A stretch of 64,000 bases of DNA from Paraglomus brasilianum (Eukaryota), in assembly GCA_910592345.1 (NCBI GenBank), contig CAJVPI010000022.1:1-64000 (forward strand), in the 5' to 3' direction. Positions 39,013 through 52,524 of this stretch are shown here, piece after piece. The stretch's first letter is position 1, and each line of letters opens with the position of its first letter. The notes below the pieces were generated by a model. The model was not told the DNA's origin, did no database searches, and saw nothing but the letters and a program-made list of their open reading frames with translations. Made by a program: the position numbers and the translations under genes.

Positions 39013-41897
39013 ATGGGTAAACATTCGCATAGACGCAAGATCGACACTACACCTCAAACAACGGGCGGTTTAGTACTGTCTCAGGTGTTGTTTTCTAGCT
39101 TTGACTCGGTAGACGCGGAGTATTTTGCCATTGTAACTCAGGCTGTAGATAGCAACCAACTTCGGATATTCGATGCACGTAATAATACTGTTAAGAAAAG
39201 TTATACCTCTGAGAAACAAGAGCGATTTACTTGTATGTCGTGGGGCCAAATACAACAGCCCAAAGGTGTAAACGGAAATGCAGTAAGTTGTCTTAATTGC
39301 AAGCAATCGGTGTTTCTTGCAGTGACTGGCGGGTGTCCATGTTGGCCACGTAAAGTCGTTCATTCATGTATATATGGTTTTTACAGACCGATCCTCCGCC
39401 GCGGAAGAAGTCACGGTCTTCGTCGCTGTCTAAATTGCATACCAAAGTTATTTCACTGGGTTTACAAGATGGATCGATATTGTTGTATTCCGTTTCCGAA
39501 GGAGCAGTTATAAAACGAATGAAAGGATCACACAAGACAGCTGTGAATGATTTCGTATTCGACAGAAGCGGCAAATACGGATATTCCTGTGATGATTTGA
39601 CAATAATTGAATGGGACATTGCAGATGGGCGTGAGATTAGGTAAATTGAACGCATTTGAAGTAAATTTCTTTTATCGATAGTGTCTCTATGTATGTTTTT
39701 TGTTTCTATTCAGTTATTTCTATGAAAGACAGACATTCCAATATCCCCTTTATGCGCAATTTATTCAATTTCAGTTGATTCCGATCTTTCTATTATCGCT
39801 GATGATTTTCTACGAATTTATTCAGCACCTGGAAATCAGGCCTGAAGTCTACAAGGAGACTGGCATTGTCATATGATGGAAAAAAGCTCTTGTCCGCTGG
39901 CTCTAAAATTCAAATGTGGGATTCGAAAACAAAAAAAATAATAAGAACATTCTCTGGACATGATAAATATATTACAGATCTCATGTTCTCAGTATCAGAT
40001 GACGTATGTATATCTGCTGCTGAGAATGATCGAATGATAAATGTATGGGATTGTAAGGGAGAGAGAGAAGGAGGAGAGTGTCTGTCTGGTAAGAATGTAG
40101 CAAACATTAGATGATTAATAATGTTGAGTATACTGAACAGACGAGTACTATACCAATGTCGCATGCTTTCATGTTTACTTACTGTTGACCGTTCTATTAT
40201 TTAAACAGTGCTTTCTTTGGATGCAGATCTACATAACGTATCTATCTCGCCTTCTAGCACAGTGCTCGCTGTATCGGAAGATGGAATATTAAATATATTC
40301 GACAATGTTGCATCATCTACGCTTTCGTCTGCCGAGACACCACCCAGAAAAAAAAAAAGGAAAAATGTGAATAGGGCTGCTAGTTGTGTCGTAAAGGTGT
40401 TGAACGAAAAAGATAATAGCTTAATACCCATTTTAGCCGCCAGTTCTACGGATGAAGCTAATAACAAAATGGCCAGCAAAGTAATGATCGTCAGAGGACA
40501 TCCGACAAAGCCGATAATTGAGGCAGTAGTATGTATAAGTCCATGTAACTTGATATTCCTGCTTATTTATTTATGTTATATGTTAACAACGACAACTCTT
40601 TTTTCTTCCCTCTACAAGCGTATTGTCGACAAGCAAACTAGATGTCTTATTCCAGAAGTAATACTAAGTAGACTACACCAACCCGTTATCCCCATGGATG
40701 AGTCGAGTATAGCTGCTATGAATTTGGTAAATACTTATGAAATGGGGATATGCTGCTGAATGGATCTTATATTTGATAATTGACATTGGAGTTTATATCA
40801 AATAGAAAGCAACTCATAAACAGTATGATGAATCAAGAGTGAAGATATTAGAAAATGTAGACGCTGAAAGGCCAGAATTCTTGTTGATCGAGAAAGATAC
40901 AAGAATGGATAAAGATGATGTGGCAGAACGACGCAATAGTGAATATGCGGGCGGAGACGAGGGAAGAGCGAAGATGCCGAATGGGCAAAATAATGCAAGT
41001 ATTACTAGTAGTAATGTCATTGTATGATTATAATGGTTATTGTCGTTACTGCAACCTGCAACGACGGTTGTCTAATTTCGTCTTGTTGCATTGTATACTA
41101 TTTATTAGAGTCTTAGTGCGATAGTCAATGAAACGCCGGCCGATAAACTAAAACTACCCAACGGAAGACATTCTGAATATTCGGATAATGACACACCTTT
41201 AAAAGAGAAATATGTTATGGCTAATGCAGATTCATTGCAAACCATATTAATTCAAGCATTGCACTCTAATGACAATGAGCTGCTCAAACTATGTCTAGAA
41301 CATAATGATCGAGATATAATACGGAATACAGTGATAAAATTACCCTCGCAATTTGTTGTGAAGTTTTTGGAGAAGATCGTTGAGAGGTTTCAGTCTAATC
41401 CGAGTATAGGGTTAGATTTATTAGAGTGGATTAGAGTTACATTAACCATTCATAGCGCTTATTTAATGACAGTAAGTGATACCATAATGAATTCTAAGAA
41501 ACGATGAGTTGGCTACGAATCGATATTTACCAGCTTACGTGATTTTTCTTGGTAGGTCCCGGATCTAACGCGCAAATTGTCTATCTTCTATCAATTATTG
41601 GACAAACGTTTATCAATATTTCCAAGATTATTGAATTTCTACGGACGCCTCGATCTAGCAATGCAGCAAATTTCATTACGAAGTTCGTTGCATAACGTCA
41701 TTGAAGACACTAGCAATGAAGTCGAAGTATATATGGAAAGTGAAGATGAAGTCGATGTATATAGGGAAACTGAAGATGAAGAGGATGAAGAGGGAGTCGA
41801 AGATGAAAACGATGAAGTAGGTGAAGATGATGAGGATGAGGATGATGAGGGGGTTGAAGATGAAGAGGATGAAATGGAGGATGCGGATTTTCTCTAA
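39013..41897 (+). CDS. UTP5: U3 snoRNP / SSU processome protein Utp5/WDR43 (WD40 repeats, Utp12/Dip2 domain, acidic tail)
   Basis: 8 exons in phase. WD40 segments (HKTAVNDF..EWD, FSGHDKYIT..VWD) and the C-terminal domain SLQTILIQALHSNDNELLKLCL..WIRVTLTIHSAYLMTVPDL..GRLDL. May extend to 42416 by splicing. Confidence 0.9.
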
Positions 41898-43998
41898 ACA
41901 TGCATTGATTTACATAGAAACGTTTGTTCGCTATAATATTTGTCTTGATATATTCGTAATACGTCAATTTTTATTTAACAGGGGACCGTTGGCATAGTAT
42001 TGATTAGTAAAAAAATATACAAAATTTTGTTAATGTCTTAATCACGTGTATGTTATCCCTTCTGGGTGCATACATTTGCTATAGCTTTGAAATAAAACTT
42101 TTAGCGTCAAAAGGGGGAGGGGCAGGTAACACCAGTCTAACAAGGGATACTAATACTTACTTCAAATTCTATTAAGCAGATGGAAGAAGATGAAGATGAA
42201 ACGGACTCATCCACAGATGACGAGGAAGAGGAAAGAGATAGTAATCGAGTGTTAAAGGATATCATGTCTAGTGAAGTAGATATTTCATTGGAAGAACAAG
42301 AGCAGCGTGGGAGTGAAAAAGATAGCGAAGAGTCTTCTTCTTCTGACGAATCTGTTGCCGATTCCGTCTCATCGTCAGCATCAGAAGTTTTGTCACCGTC
42401 CTCATCATCATCATAATGTAACGGTTATCCATATGACAGATTACTGGAGAGTACATGTGATTGAAAATATTTATTTGTTGTAAATTGCATCAGAAAAAAA
42501 AATGTACTTAGAAATAATTGCACGTAATCGTAATACATAAATAGTTAGTATACTATAAATAGTACGCGTTCGAGACTTCCAGTAATCCCGTGACTGTCGG
42601 AAATGCAATATGTAGATCACAAATCAATATACGGGCATGACCAGACACGCTGCCAGCCAACCAAAAAAATTTAATATTATTTATCTAAAAATATTGCGGA
42701 GCATAAATCATCCAGGAGTTGATCGTGTTTGATGTGGAGATTTGGTAACACGATCTTGCAATAAAGAATATTAGAAGCTATTACGTATAAAGTAATTTAC
42801 GATAGTTTGTTTCCTGAACCAGAAAACACAGTTGTTTGATTGTACCAAACAATATCAAGTAAGCCTACGTCTTTTCTTTTCTTCAGCCTTTCCCACTTTA
42901 ACTCGGATCGTCTTATACAAAACGTATGTAAAACTGTGCATCATTCATCTTCTAGTAGAAGAGTGACAACTGTTCACTTCTTAGCCCTGCATAATTATCT
43001 CTCGCCTATAACCGCTTCCGATCATGAAACAGTTACACCCAGAATTCCTCCCAGTTTATATACAATCTTTAGGAATGCAATATCACCAACATTAAAGCTA
43101 TCCACAATTCGTTGTCCGTTACTGCCTTAAAGGGATCGCTTTGTTCTCTTGCAAGTCTACGTACAATATCTCGTCTACTCGCACTTTATGATTGCCCCAC
43201 TATGGAACCTGCCTCATCATTATAAGAGTACGATTTTATAATTTACTAATTTGTTATACTATAATATTAACTTTGTGGATCAGGTAGGCTTCTACGCGCT
43301 AGGCTAGTTAGATTCCTAACCTTATGGATTTTGATTATTCATCTCACTATGTTTCATTATCGAACATTATTGATATAAATAACTATCTACCGTGACTTAT
43401 TAATCGAACGCAAAGTTACCACTAGTGTTCTGGTCTTTACGTAATTATAATTGTGTGAATGATAAATGAATAAATTTAATACACAATCACAAATGTCTGG
43501 CAAGTCCGTTCCAAGCGCTGCGTTCTGACTAGATCAGATCAAAACGCCAATGCGTTTATGAGCGGCTACTCTTCATATAGCGTTGACTAATAAAAATGGA
43601 TTAGCCATTGAGAACAACACATTGGTATATGTTGTATTACTAATGTCAGATCGGATTTTAGAGAGAACAAACCTGACTCTCTCGGTAAACCGCTATTATA
43701 AAACGAATGTTAGAAGTTTCTCTTGTTTGTGTTACTTCGGTTAATTAAACAACGGTATAATGTCACAAGCAAATTAAATAACTTAATCCATAATAATGAT
43801 ATATTTGACTCGTTCAATTTATTTCCATATTCGTAACAACAAAGAAAGATATCATATCTACTGAAAATCAATTAAATATTCACAGTTTACAACTATTTCT
43901 CAACCTGATTCACTGTAATACAGTTCTATCTCTCCTTCTCTTCCTCTCTTTCCTTCTCTTACTCTCTCTTCTCCCCTGTCAAACATTTTATCGATAAG

Positions 43999-44782
43999 AT
44001 GAACCGTATATATGCGTGTATTTTAATACTGGGTTTCTTAATGTTTATTATATCGATTGCCTATGCCGCTTGCTCTGAATCTCCAAACTGCACCTGCCCA
44101 GTTGACATTGCCTGCGAATGTCCTTCACTCTCAGACGATAGTATGGTCTGCGGCTTTCAGATGGGTAAGTGAGTCAAGATCACTTACAGATCAAACTATA
44201 GATATCCACCAGCGTATAAAAAGGCACAAAGCATGCAGTGCGGAAATACATAAACCTCGGTTTTATAATACAACAGGCCTTGTTATTCAACCAATTTTCT
44301 GTTATTTCAATTATCGACGAGACTAATTTAAAAATTAGATCTTAAATTTATTGAGAACTATGGAAATTGCTACGATAATGCTAGGGCCTTGTCTGCAATT
44401 CTCATGCACTCAATACAAGAACAAGCAACAATTTAGACAAATTCAAATCACCCCTTTTGCCTCTTAGTAAAATTGCAACTGCAGTCACTTTTTGGTGGAT
44501 AATTCTATTATTTTGATCTGTATTTAAGACATTCAGTATTCAATTTGTTAACATTCTCATTCAAATGCAGAGTGCGTCGGAAAGCGTTTTTACAAACTTG
44601 GATACAGTGATATTTGGCAATGTTCATCTACTGGCAATAATTGCCACTATGGCCCTTGTCTTATCGGCTGCTGCGGGATAAAAGGCCAAGACGCTTTTTG
44701 TTGTCGAGAGGCAAATTGTGCTGATTGCGTCACCAAGTACGACAACTTACAGTACATTTTATTCAACGTCACCAACCATTAG
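43999..44782 (+). CDS. Small secreted cysteine-rich protein (125 aa), two exons
   Basis: Exons 43999-44164 and 44571-44782 (G|GTAAGT...TGCAG|). Signal-peptide-like MNRIYACILILGFLMFIISIAYA followed by 16 Cys across both exons. Confidence 0.85.
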
Positions 44783-45672
44783 CCGTCGATTCATTGTATG
44801 GCAACCATGTGGCTATTGACAGATTATGAAAATTGGTCTCTCCCGGTAACACATACCCACTTAAAAACTCTTTTATGTTACACGAAAACATGGAACTTAA
44901 AACGGACGCGTCGAATTAATTGCATTTCTAATTAGTATACGAATTATTGCTCCATCTTTCCATTGCTTGCAGAGGCTGAAATAAGCCGGATAAGCCAGCC
45001 TATAGAAGTTATAGTAACATCTAATCATAATTATATTAAGCAGACGCTGTAGTATCAGACCAGACAGAAACGAATAATTTTTAATTAACGGTTCAATACC
45101 TTGTTTATTTAAACACTTTAGCAGAACATACTAATACGAGTGTGAGTTTATACCTTAGTAATATGAGCGTTTCCCACATACTAAATTTGCAAATAATGAC
45201 ATGAAACTACACCTCGATTCAAATCATGAGCTCCAAAAACGTATCGACGCCAGAGTCACGGTCCTGCATCCCGATCAATGTAGATGGGGATTTATTATCT
45301 TAGTTGCGTAAGGTGTTTTATTCGCATTTCGACATGAAAGCAATAAGTGAGCATATTAATAATGTTCTTAATTCGGAGAAATCGTACAAGATCCTAATGA
45401 AACACTTAGTATAGAAATTCGGAAAAGCGGCCAAGAGTATTTACCTGCGATAAACGCTAGTAAACAGTTTGACTATTTGCCAGAGAGATTTTGCTCTCGT
45501 CTCCAAAAAAATCTAGCAGGTTAGTAACGCGCATGTGCACGATCCGGAGGAGTTCATTGACAAGACGTATATTCAAAAGAGTTGAAATGATGGACTGCTC
45601 AATAAATAAGTTACTTGGCACTTTTTTCGTCGTTTCTATCGTGTAATGGATGGTAACGGTCAGTTACTAGCT

Positions 45673-47812
45673 TTATTCCCAATGTTGTCGAAGATGATCT
45701 TTCAGCGTTGGCATCGTCCTAAACTCTTTCTCACATCGGTGACACCTTAAGCGACTTTTAAGCAGCCGGCCATAGTATTCATTATCGATCTATAAAAAAA
45801 AAACGCCACGAAATGTGAGCAAAGGAATATAACCTTATCACTCTACTTATTGTCTAACAGAAATTACCGTTACTTCGCCTTTCCCTCTGAGCACGTCTAA
45901 AAGATTGTCAACTGGAATAAAGAAAAATGTTGTGAACGAATTCCAATGCCTTTTGTTTTTGAGTGCCGGTGCAACAAAATCTTGAGATATTACGTGCATG
46001 TGCAGTTGTCTATGTGGAAATAACGCTTGTTAACATTCGTGACAAGTAATTACGGATTACTCCAAGAATGTTAATCTTTACCTCATACTAGGCATGGCGT
46101 GAAATCCCATACGAAAATCAAGTTTTGCGTTTTCTTCTTTAAGCCTGCTCCGATTGTTTGTATTTACTAAATAAAGAATGCCCATTTCTTGTTTGAACCG
46201 TTCAAATGCCCTTACCTGTCTATTACCCACTGTCCCTTCTTTTTCAATAGTTCAATTGTACCAATATCACCTCTCTTCAGATCATCGATGTACTCGATCT
46301 TTCGACGTGGCATCACTAACAAGTGCTTTTGTGCTTTTGGGAATTTGTCCCATGTAACAACAATGTCGTCATCGTAATGGTATACTATGTCTGAGGGAAA
46401 TGCTTCGGGGTTTGAACAATACTCCCAAAGAACCCTCGACCAATCGTTATTGTACAAAGATCTTTCGTGACGAGGCAGATGTATTTCTGGACTTTTTGCG
46501 GCTGGCGTTAGAATATCGACTGAGAAAGAAATCTCGAGCATGAATAGATTTGCCGAGATGAACAGATTTTTACAAAGAACGCAAAAGGTTGTGAAAAGAA
46601 TACCCGCTGCTTTCTTCTTCTTTTCATTATCTTCCGTATCAAGCGAATTCGATGGTGAATATTTATTGTCATTAGCGACAGACCAAAATGCGTTCAACAT
46701 CGACTGGTAGGATTTCGTCAGAGATTTTTTTGCTTCATCGAGCGGGAGGTGGTCAGATCGTGCCGGGTTCATGTTTGGAGCGACGATATAGATTATCTGT
46801 TCGACGCCTTTGTTTATGCGGATATTACTCTCTGGCGGAAGCGAAACTGGATAGGCCTCGCCGAGCTGGTTGGTAAATTGGATCGTGAGCCTTTACCAGC
46901 AAAAGTATAAATTATATTAATGGTGACTTACTGCGCCAGGCTGGGGATAAGCCTCCTTTATTCTCTTAGCAAGGTCAGATCCTGCGGCTTTGTACACCTT
47001 TTTGCTGAAAGGCGTTACATCTTTGCGAGCATGGATACAGAGTAAATACAAATGCCCAAGGTAGTAGAAAACGTACGAAACCGTATGCTCTGCTCACCAG
47101 GTTTCAGCCTCCAGGTAGTCTCGCACGCAATATACCTGCTAAACATGAAATACAGCCTGATCATTCTCAAACGATCGCCGCAGGCCAAAATATTGCCTGT
47201 CCACTCACCTGCATTTTCGATCATCGTCTTCATCAATCACATCTTTCCTGAGAAGTAGTCGTTTATCTTTGGTCAGCTCGCAATGCTAGAACCCGGATAA
47301 AAACCATGTTAATATCAGGTACACATTTATGCCACATCAGTCATTCGGGATTGAATCCATAAATTTCCACTTTCCTGTCTAAAGTATTCTAAAATCTCGT
47401 GATCCTCTTCGACGAGAACAAGAAAGTAACGTTGGTCCTTATGACTGTCGATAAATTCTTTGATTACCTGTTATGGATGACAACAAGATCGTTTAATTAT
47501 GCAGTGTCATGGGTGAATGATCGATAATCAGCTGCAGGGGCCCACCTTGCAGAGGATTGGCATTGCTTCTTCGATTGGAACTTTACCTAAACCAATCGAT
47601 AATGGGGGGAAAGCCAAAGTGGCCGGATCATTCAATTTCTGTAACGGCAAAATGCTACTTTTAGTAAACAAGCTTTGGCGATACTGTATACAAGAACATG
47701 GTGATATATGGGATTGGTATACAATTCGTTTCCCCTTTGCTTCGGAAAAGTCGGCATTGGTTTCCGTGCTTTCACGCGTAGAAATTGAGTTTTCATTGCC
47801 AGATGAAGCCAT
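45673..47812 (-). CDS. HNT3: Aprataxin (HIT plus zinc finger) fused to an N-terminal circularly permuted macrodomain
   Basis: Exons about 47546-47812 (start tentative), 47375-47467, 47209-47285, 47098-47135, 46932-47020, 46604-46865, 46216-46519, 46082-46144, 45868-46009, 45673-45789. Aprataxin motifs DKFPKAQKHLLVMPR, GFHAMPSMRQLHMHVISQDF, LKNKRHWNSFTT, CHRC..HLRQH. Macro-like TLAFPPLSIG, TWRLKP, VYKAAG, IIYIVAPNMNP. Confidence 0.88.
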
Positions 47813-48869
47813 TCTCAACTGTCGAAAATTCACTTTCCAACATTCTCCCAAAATAACGTGACATTTACATCTGTTTGTGAGTTCCCAAGCTGTAAGAGCC
47901 AATCAGCAAATTTCCATCTCGAGGAAGATCTTTCGCGTCGCTACAATGACCACAAGCAATTTGTACACTCGTCCCAGAAACTTTTGGGGGGGATTCATAA
48001 AATTCGTATACTTTATGTAGCGATTGATAATTGCTTGGAAAAAAAAAAGAGAGGATAAGCTCGTAATAATATCAACAGTATTTAAATAAACAATGAATCG
48101 CATATTAATATGTCGAAATTATTGCCCGAGAATAAATAGGTTAGTAATTCACAGCATATACTAATACTGAAAGGAGTATGATTTAGCACATGCTTTGCTC
48201 TTACTTGCTTGATTCGGCGTATGACGAGCGATAACGGCACAATTACTTTGGAAACAATTTACTATATGACATGTCTTTCGCAATTACAACCATGACGATC
48301 ATGCAATCAATGCTACTGTTGGTGGGCAGTTGTAAAATGGACAATTGAGACAAACCTTTTAATTATGGTAACAAAATATGACTACACGTAGCAGCGACTC
48401 GACATGCATATTGTGTCACTGTTGAAATCGTAATCCACGGCGACCAACTGCGTTGCGCATGTTATGGGAATGCATCGTTTTGTTATAAAAAGTTCACTCT
48501 TATTCGGCTTGTATCACATCAAACCAATAATAATAATAATAATAATAATAATAAAGATTACATTAATAATTAGTCCGGCAGTGACACTTATACTTTACTC
48601 TAGTTACAATTTTCTGCTGCAAAGTTAATGTTCAGTCTTATAGTATTAGGTTGAAAGGTTTCTTGCAATTCACAAACTCTGTTGGCACCTTGGTGCAGTA
48701 ACAACCCAATTCTAGAAAGTGTAAAGCATTCATAAATAATTTCAACTACGCCAACTACGCCATTGCTATATGGCTATGCCTCTACCCTAAATCAATTGGT
48801 GATTGAATTACATCAAAGCATACGTGTATACTAGTCATAATTAACAATCGTGTTTGCCAATTACGAGAA

Positions 48870-49930
48870 CTGATGGGACAAGATCAATTTTACCAGTGAT
48901 TTCGGAACCCGCGTTTACGGCGACAATTGAAGTCCAATAAGATAAAGATGAACATGCTGAAGATGATGTTAGCTAGTACTAGCGAAACTACTGACACTAT
49001 AAAGTATCCGTCATAAGTAGTTTGACACAGAAATCCAAATGTGGTTGTTATGCGTTGGGCGCAGGAATGCTCGGAGGAGCAACTCTTTCAGCAATAACCC
49101 CCCGTTGCTATTACTATCAACTTGCAACTATAAGCTCTTTAAATGCGCATATATAATTAATGATATGTAGACATAGAAGCAATATGCGTTTTACTTGAAT
49201 GTATTATTTAACCCCTCATATAATCATTGTGTCTGCTAAATTTTAGATACCAATTTTGTATGAATATGACTTATTTAACCCCTTATTTAATTTATATCCG
49301 CTTCTTGCAATTTCAATTAGACTTTAGTCTTATTGCTATCAATCTCATCTTTTTAGACATTATAAACTGAAATGGAGCTCAAGCACTTGAATTAATTTGT
49401 AAATCACATGATAACCAATATTTTATACAGTAATTCTCATAGCATATTAGAAAGGAGAAAGGTTTACTTGAGCATAAGAAACCCAGATATGAATTTGCTA
49501 AATGGTAAGTAATAACATGTGTAATGTGACGACCCTTCCAACCCTAATTGCAGAGTATAACTGGTGTATAAAACCAGCACCAATTACTATTGTAAAGATA
49601 GTTATTTACTGAACAGATCAACCCGAAAGCCACTACGTTTGCGCGAGTAAATTCTATTTTGGAATACTTATCATTACACATCAGAACAGATGTAACCATT
49701 AACTTGATGTTCACATTCTTATATCTTAACATGGATCATAAATGCTGTAAGGCTTCCGTTGTGCATTTATCGTTCATGCATTTTATAAAGTACTGCTGCT
49801 CTATTGCACCAGCAATCTTAAAAAGCAGTATATTAGTCAATATTATCAATTCGACCCCTTATTTTACACTGAACTGTCATTCAGATCCACTGAAAACTCT
49901 TTATCGTAAGGTAATACTAAAGCCATTAAT
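48870..49930 (-). pseudogene. Possible decayed multi-exon membrane-protein gene
   Basis: Hydrophobic fragments such as YFIVSVVSLVLANIIFSMFIFILLDFNCRRKRG, with splice-like signals but internal stops. No family recognised. Confidence 0.2.
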
Positions 49931-51198
49931 CGGACGTATAGACTGGTGAGGTTTTTTTTTTTTCTTCAAGAGCTGCATTAAGTCTGGATCGCCTTTCGGC
50001 GTAGTACTTCCCTACTCTAAATGAGAGATATTGTATACTGTGTAAAAAATACCATTTCCGATTAATTCTGTTTATTATTATATCGACGGCTCACATCAGT
50101 GAGAAAGAAACTCGTACTGAAAAAAATTTAAGTTGAAACCTTATTCATGTTCTCAGTTAATATCAACATTCTCTAATCGGTTACAGTTTGCTGCAGTGCA
50201 CTGTATAACTGTTACATCCCGCGCCTTTCATCCACAGAGAAATGGGAGTATGTATAATATATACGGCAAGTATACAAAGATCGTGTAAAGGGAGATGAAA
50301 AGTTTCTTCCGAAAAAAAAAAATTTTTTTTCCAAATGACCATCGGGGGAAAAGCAGTGAAATTTCCCCCAATCAATCTTGCGATTAATTTATACTTTAAT
50401 ATGCATGGAACCCGATTGGTAGATGCGAGTCACTACGCACATAAACACTTTACGATTGGTCAACCCCCTTTATTTGAAACCTTTTTTCATGAAAATCAAT
50501 TAGGGCCATGCATTAATATTAATATTAATATTAACATCGTGAAAACTGTGGCGCTGAGCGGGATTAAAAATGACCAAATATAGAAGAAAACTATAGAAAC
50601 CCCATCCGATAATCACACACGTGGGCAAGTCATTTGCGTCTTCTTTTCACGAACAAAAAAAATCCACGAATATGCGAAAGAAATTTTAGTTTTATTATTT
50701 TTTTTTTCTCTCTCATTTTTATATAACGAACAGTTGTATCAAATCTATGTACAGAGAAGAATTATTGTAGATTAAAAAGAGCAATTTTTTTATATTCTAA
50801 AAACCATTTTGAAACCCGAAATTCTTTTCTTTTTTTCCTTTTTTCCTTTTTTCCTTTTTTCCGACACAAGTACACATAAAAAACCCCCCAACAGAAATCT
50901 CGAAGAAATTGTTCATTATAGTAAGAGAAATAAGAGTGTTCAGGAACGAAGTTACAAAACAAACAACAAACAAATACAAAAACAACAAATAAGCAACCAA
51001 GCGAGCAATCACAAGCCCATAAAAAAAAAAAGATGATGGACAGAACTAAGCCAGTCACAGGTCAATTCAGTAAAGAGAACGGTCTACTGATAGTCGAAAA
51101 GAATCGTCGATATAAATATGATATATATCTCCTTTTTTCGTTGCTATCTAACGCTCATGTCTGTCTTGTCCGCCGACATCATTTGCGTCCACCACTTT

Positions 51199-52524
51199 TT
51201 AATCGCAGAGATCCTTTGTCGTACCATTCTGCTCGATAATTCTTTCCTTGCCGTTACAATACTCCATTCTCATCCTCTTCACCTCTTTATATCCGGGAGA
51301 ATCCTTGTATGCGATGCCTGCCTTCATAGCAGCAGCTATTCCTGTAAATAATGCATTGCCAACCTTTTCATGAACGTTATACTGTTGATCTATCTCCAAC
51401 GCGAGATTAATCCCCGATCTGCTAATCTCCCATGCTTTCTCCTGTAACCCATAGGTTTCGTCAATGTTTTTGATCTTCTTCATTGTGTAATTGACAGTAG
51501 CCGAAATGGCATCGGGAATAGGAGACTGTTTGAGAGCGACGGCACCATTGATTGCCGCATTGATTATTTGATCAGAAACTCTGGATCGAGTAGTAGCTGT
51601 TGTTGTCGACGATGATGAAGAAGAGTGGAGAGAGAGATGGGTGGGATCAGAGTTGGAGCGGCCGTGTTTGGGAGGCGTTGACGGTAGAGCGAATTCGTCT
51701 GACATGCCCGTGTCTGAAAGGAAGGCCAACAGCTTTTTGCGCAGCGCTTCTTGGCGGACCGGGTCGGCTTGGACTGCGTATCAGAAAAGAGAGAGAAAGA
51801 GTTAGATCGGATAAAGGGTATTTGGCAGGTTGCGGATAACGAGATCACTAGGCTCAAGCGGGAGATATTTTGATCAAATATAGTCTATTAACGATTCCAT
51901 ATTCTTTTATCCATAGTTACCTGGTAGAGCATACAACATATCCTCCAAAGCAGATAGATACAAGTCGGTAGCACATTTATAATTTCCCTGACTGTCCTCT
52001 TCGACAGCAATAGCAGACAAGGTAATTGCTGAATCGATCTTCTTTCTGTTCAATTTGTTTGCCGGTTTCTTCTTTCTCATTGCATGGGAGTATTGATTCA
52101 GGGTTGTTGAAGGTGTAATGACGTTATTTGATGTAGAAGGAAGAATATTGCCCATGCTTGAAGAGATAGCGGCAGAAATAGATAGCGAAGAGGGGAAAGA
52201 GTGACGTTGAGTGCGACGAGAAGAACGCTTTTGAGGTTGGGATGGGGAAGATTGAGTGGACGGTATGGACGTTATTATAGGTTCGGTGGTAGTTTGTTCT
52301 TCTGTTGGCTGTGCTGGAGGTATTTCGGAGTTGTTGGTAGAGTCGCTAGCGTTGTTAGAGGGTTTTGTCACACTAGTAGAGTTACTCCCAAATATCTTAC
52401 TTAGTGGAAGTAGGACGAGAGAGGAGTGCAGCAGTGAAGAAGATATTGATGTGCTAAAGTTGTTAAAGTAACTCTTTTGACCATCGGTTGGATGATAGAA
52501 GGCAGTTGTCGTAGTGTTAAACAT
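51199..52524 (-). CDS. MIT-domain-containing protein, two exons
   Basis: Exons 51921-52524 and 51199-51773. MIT-like three helices AITLSAIAVEEDSQGNYKCATDLYLSALEDMLYALPVQADPVRQEALRKKLLAFL span the intron, followed by a helical C-terminal domain. Confidence 0.78.
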
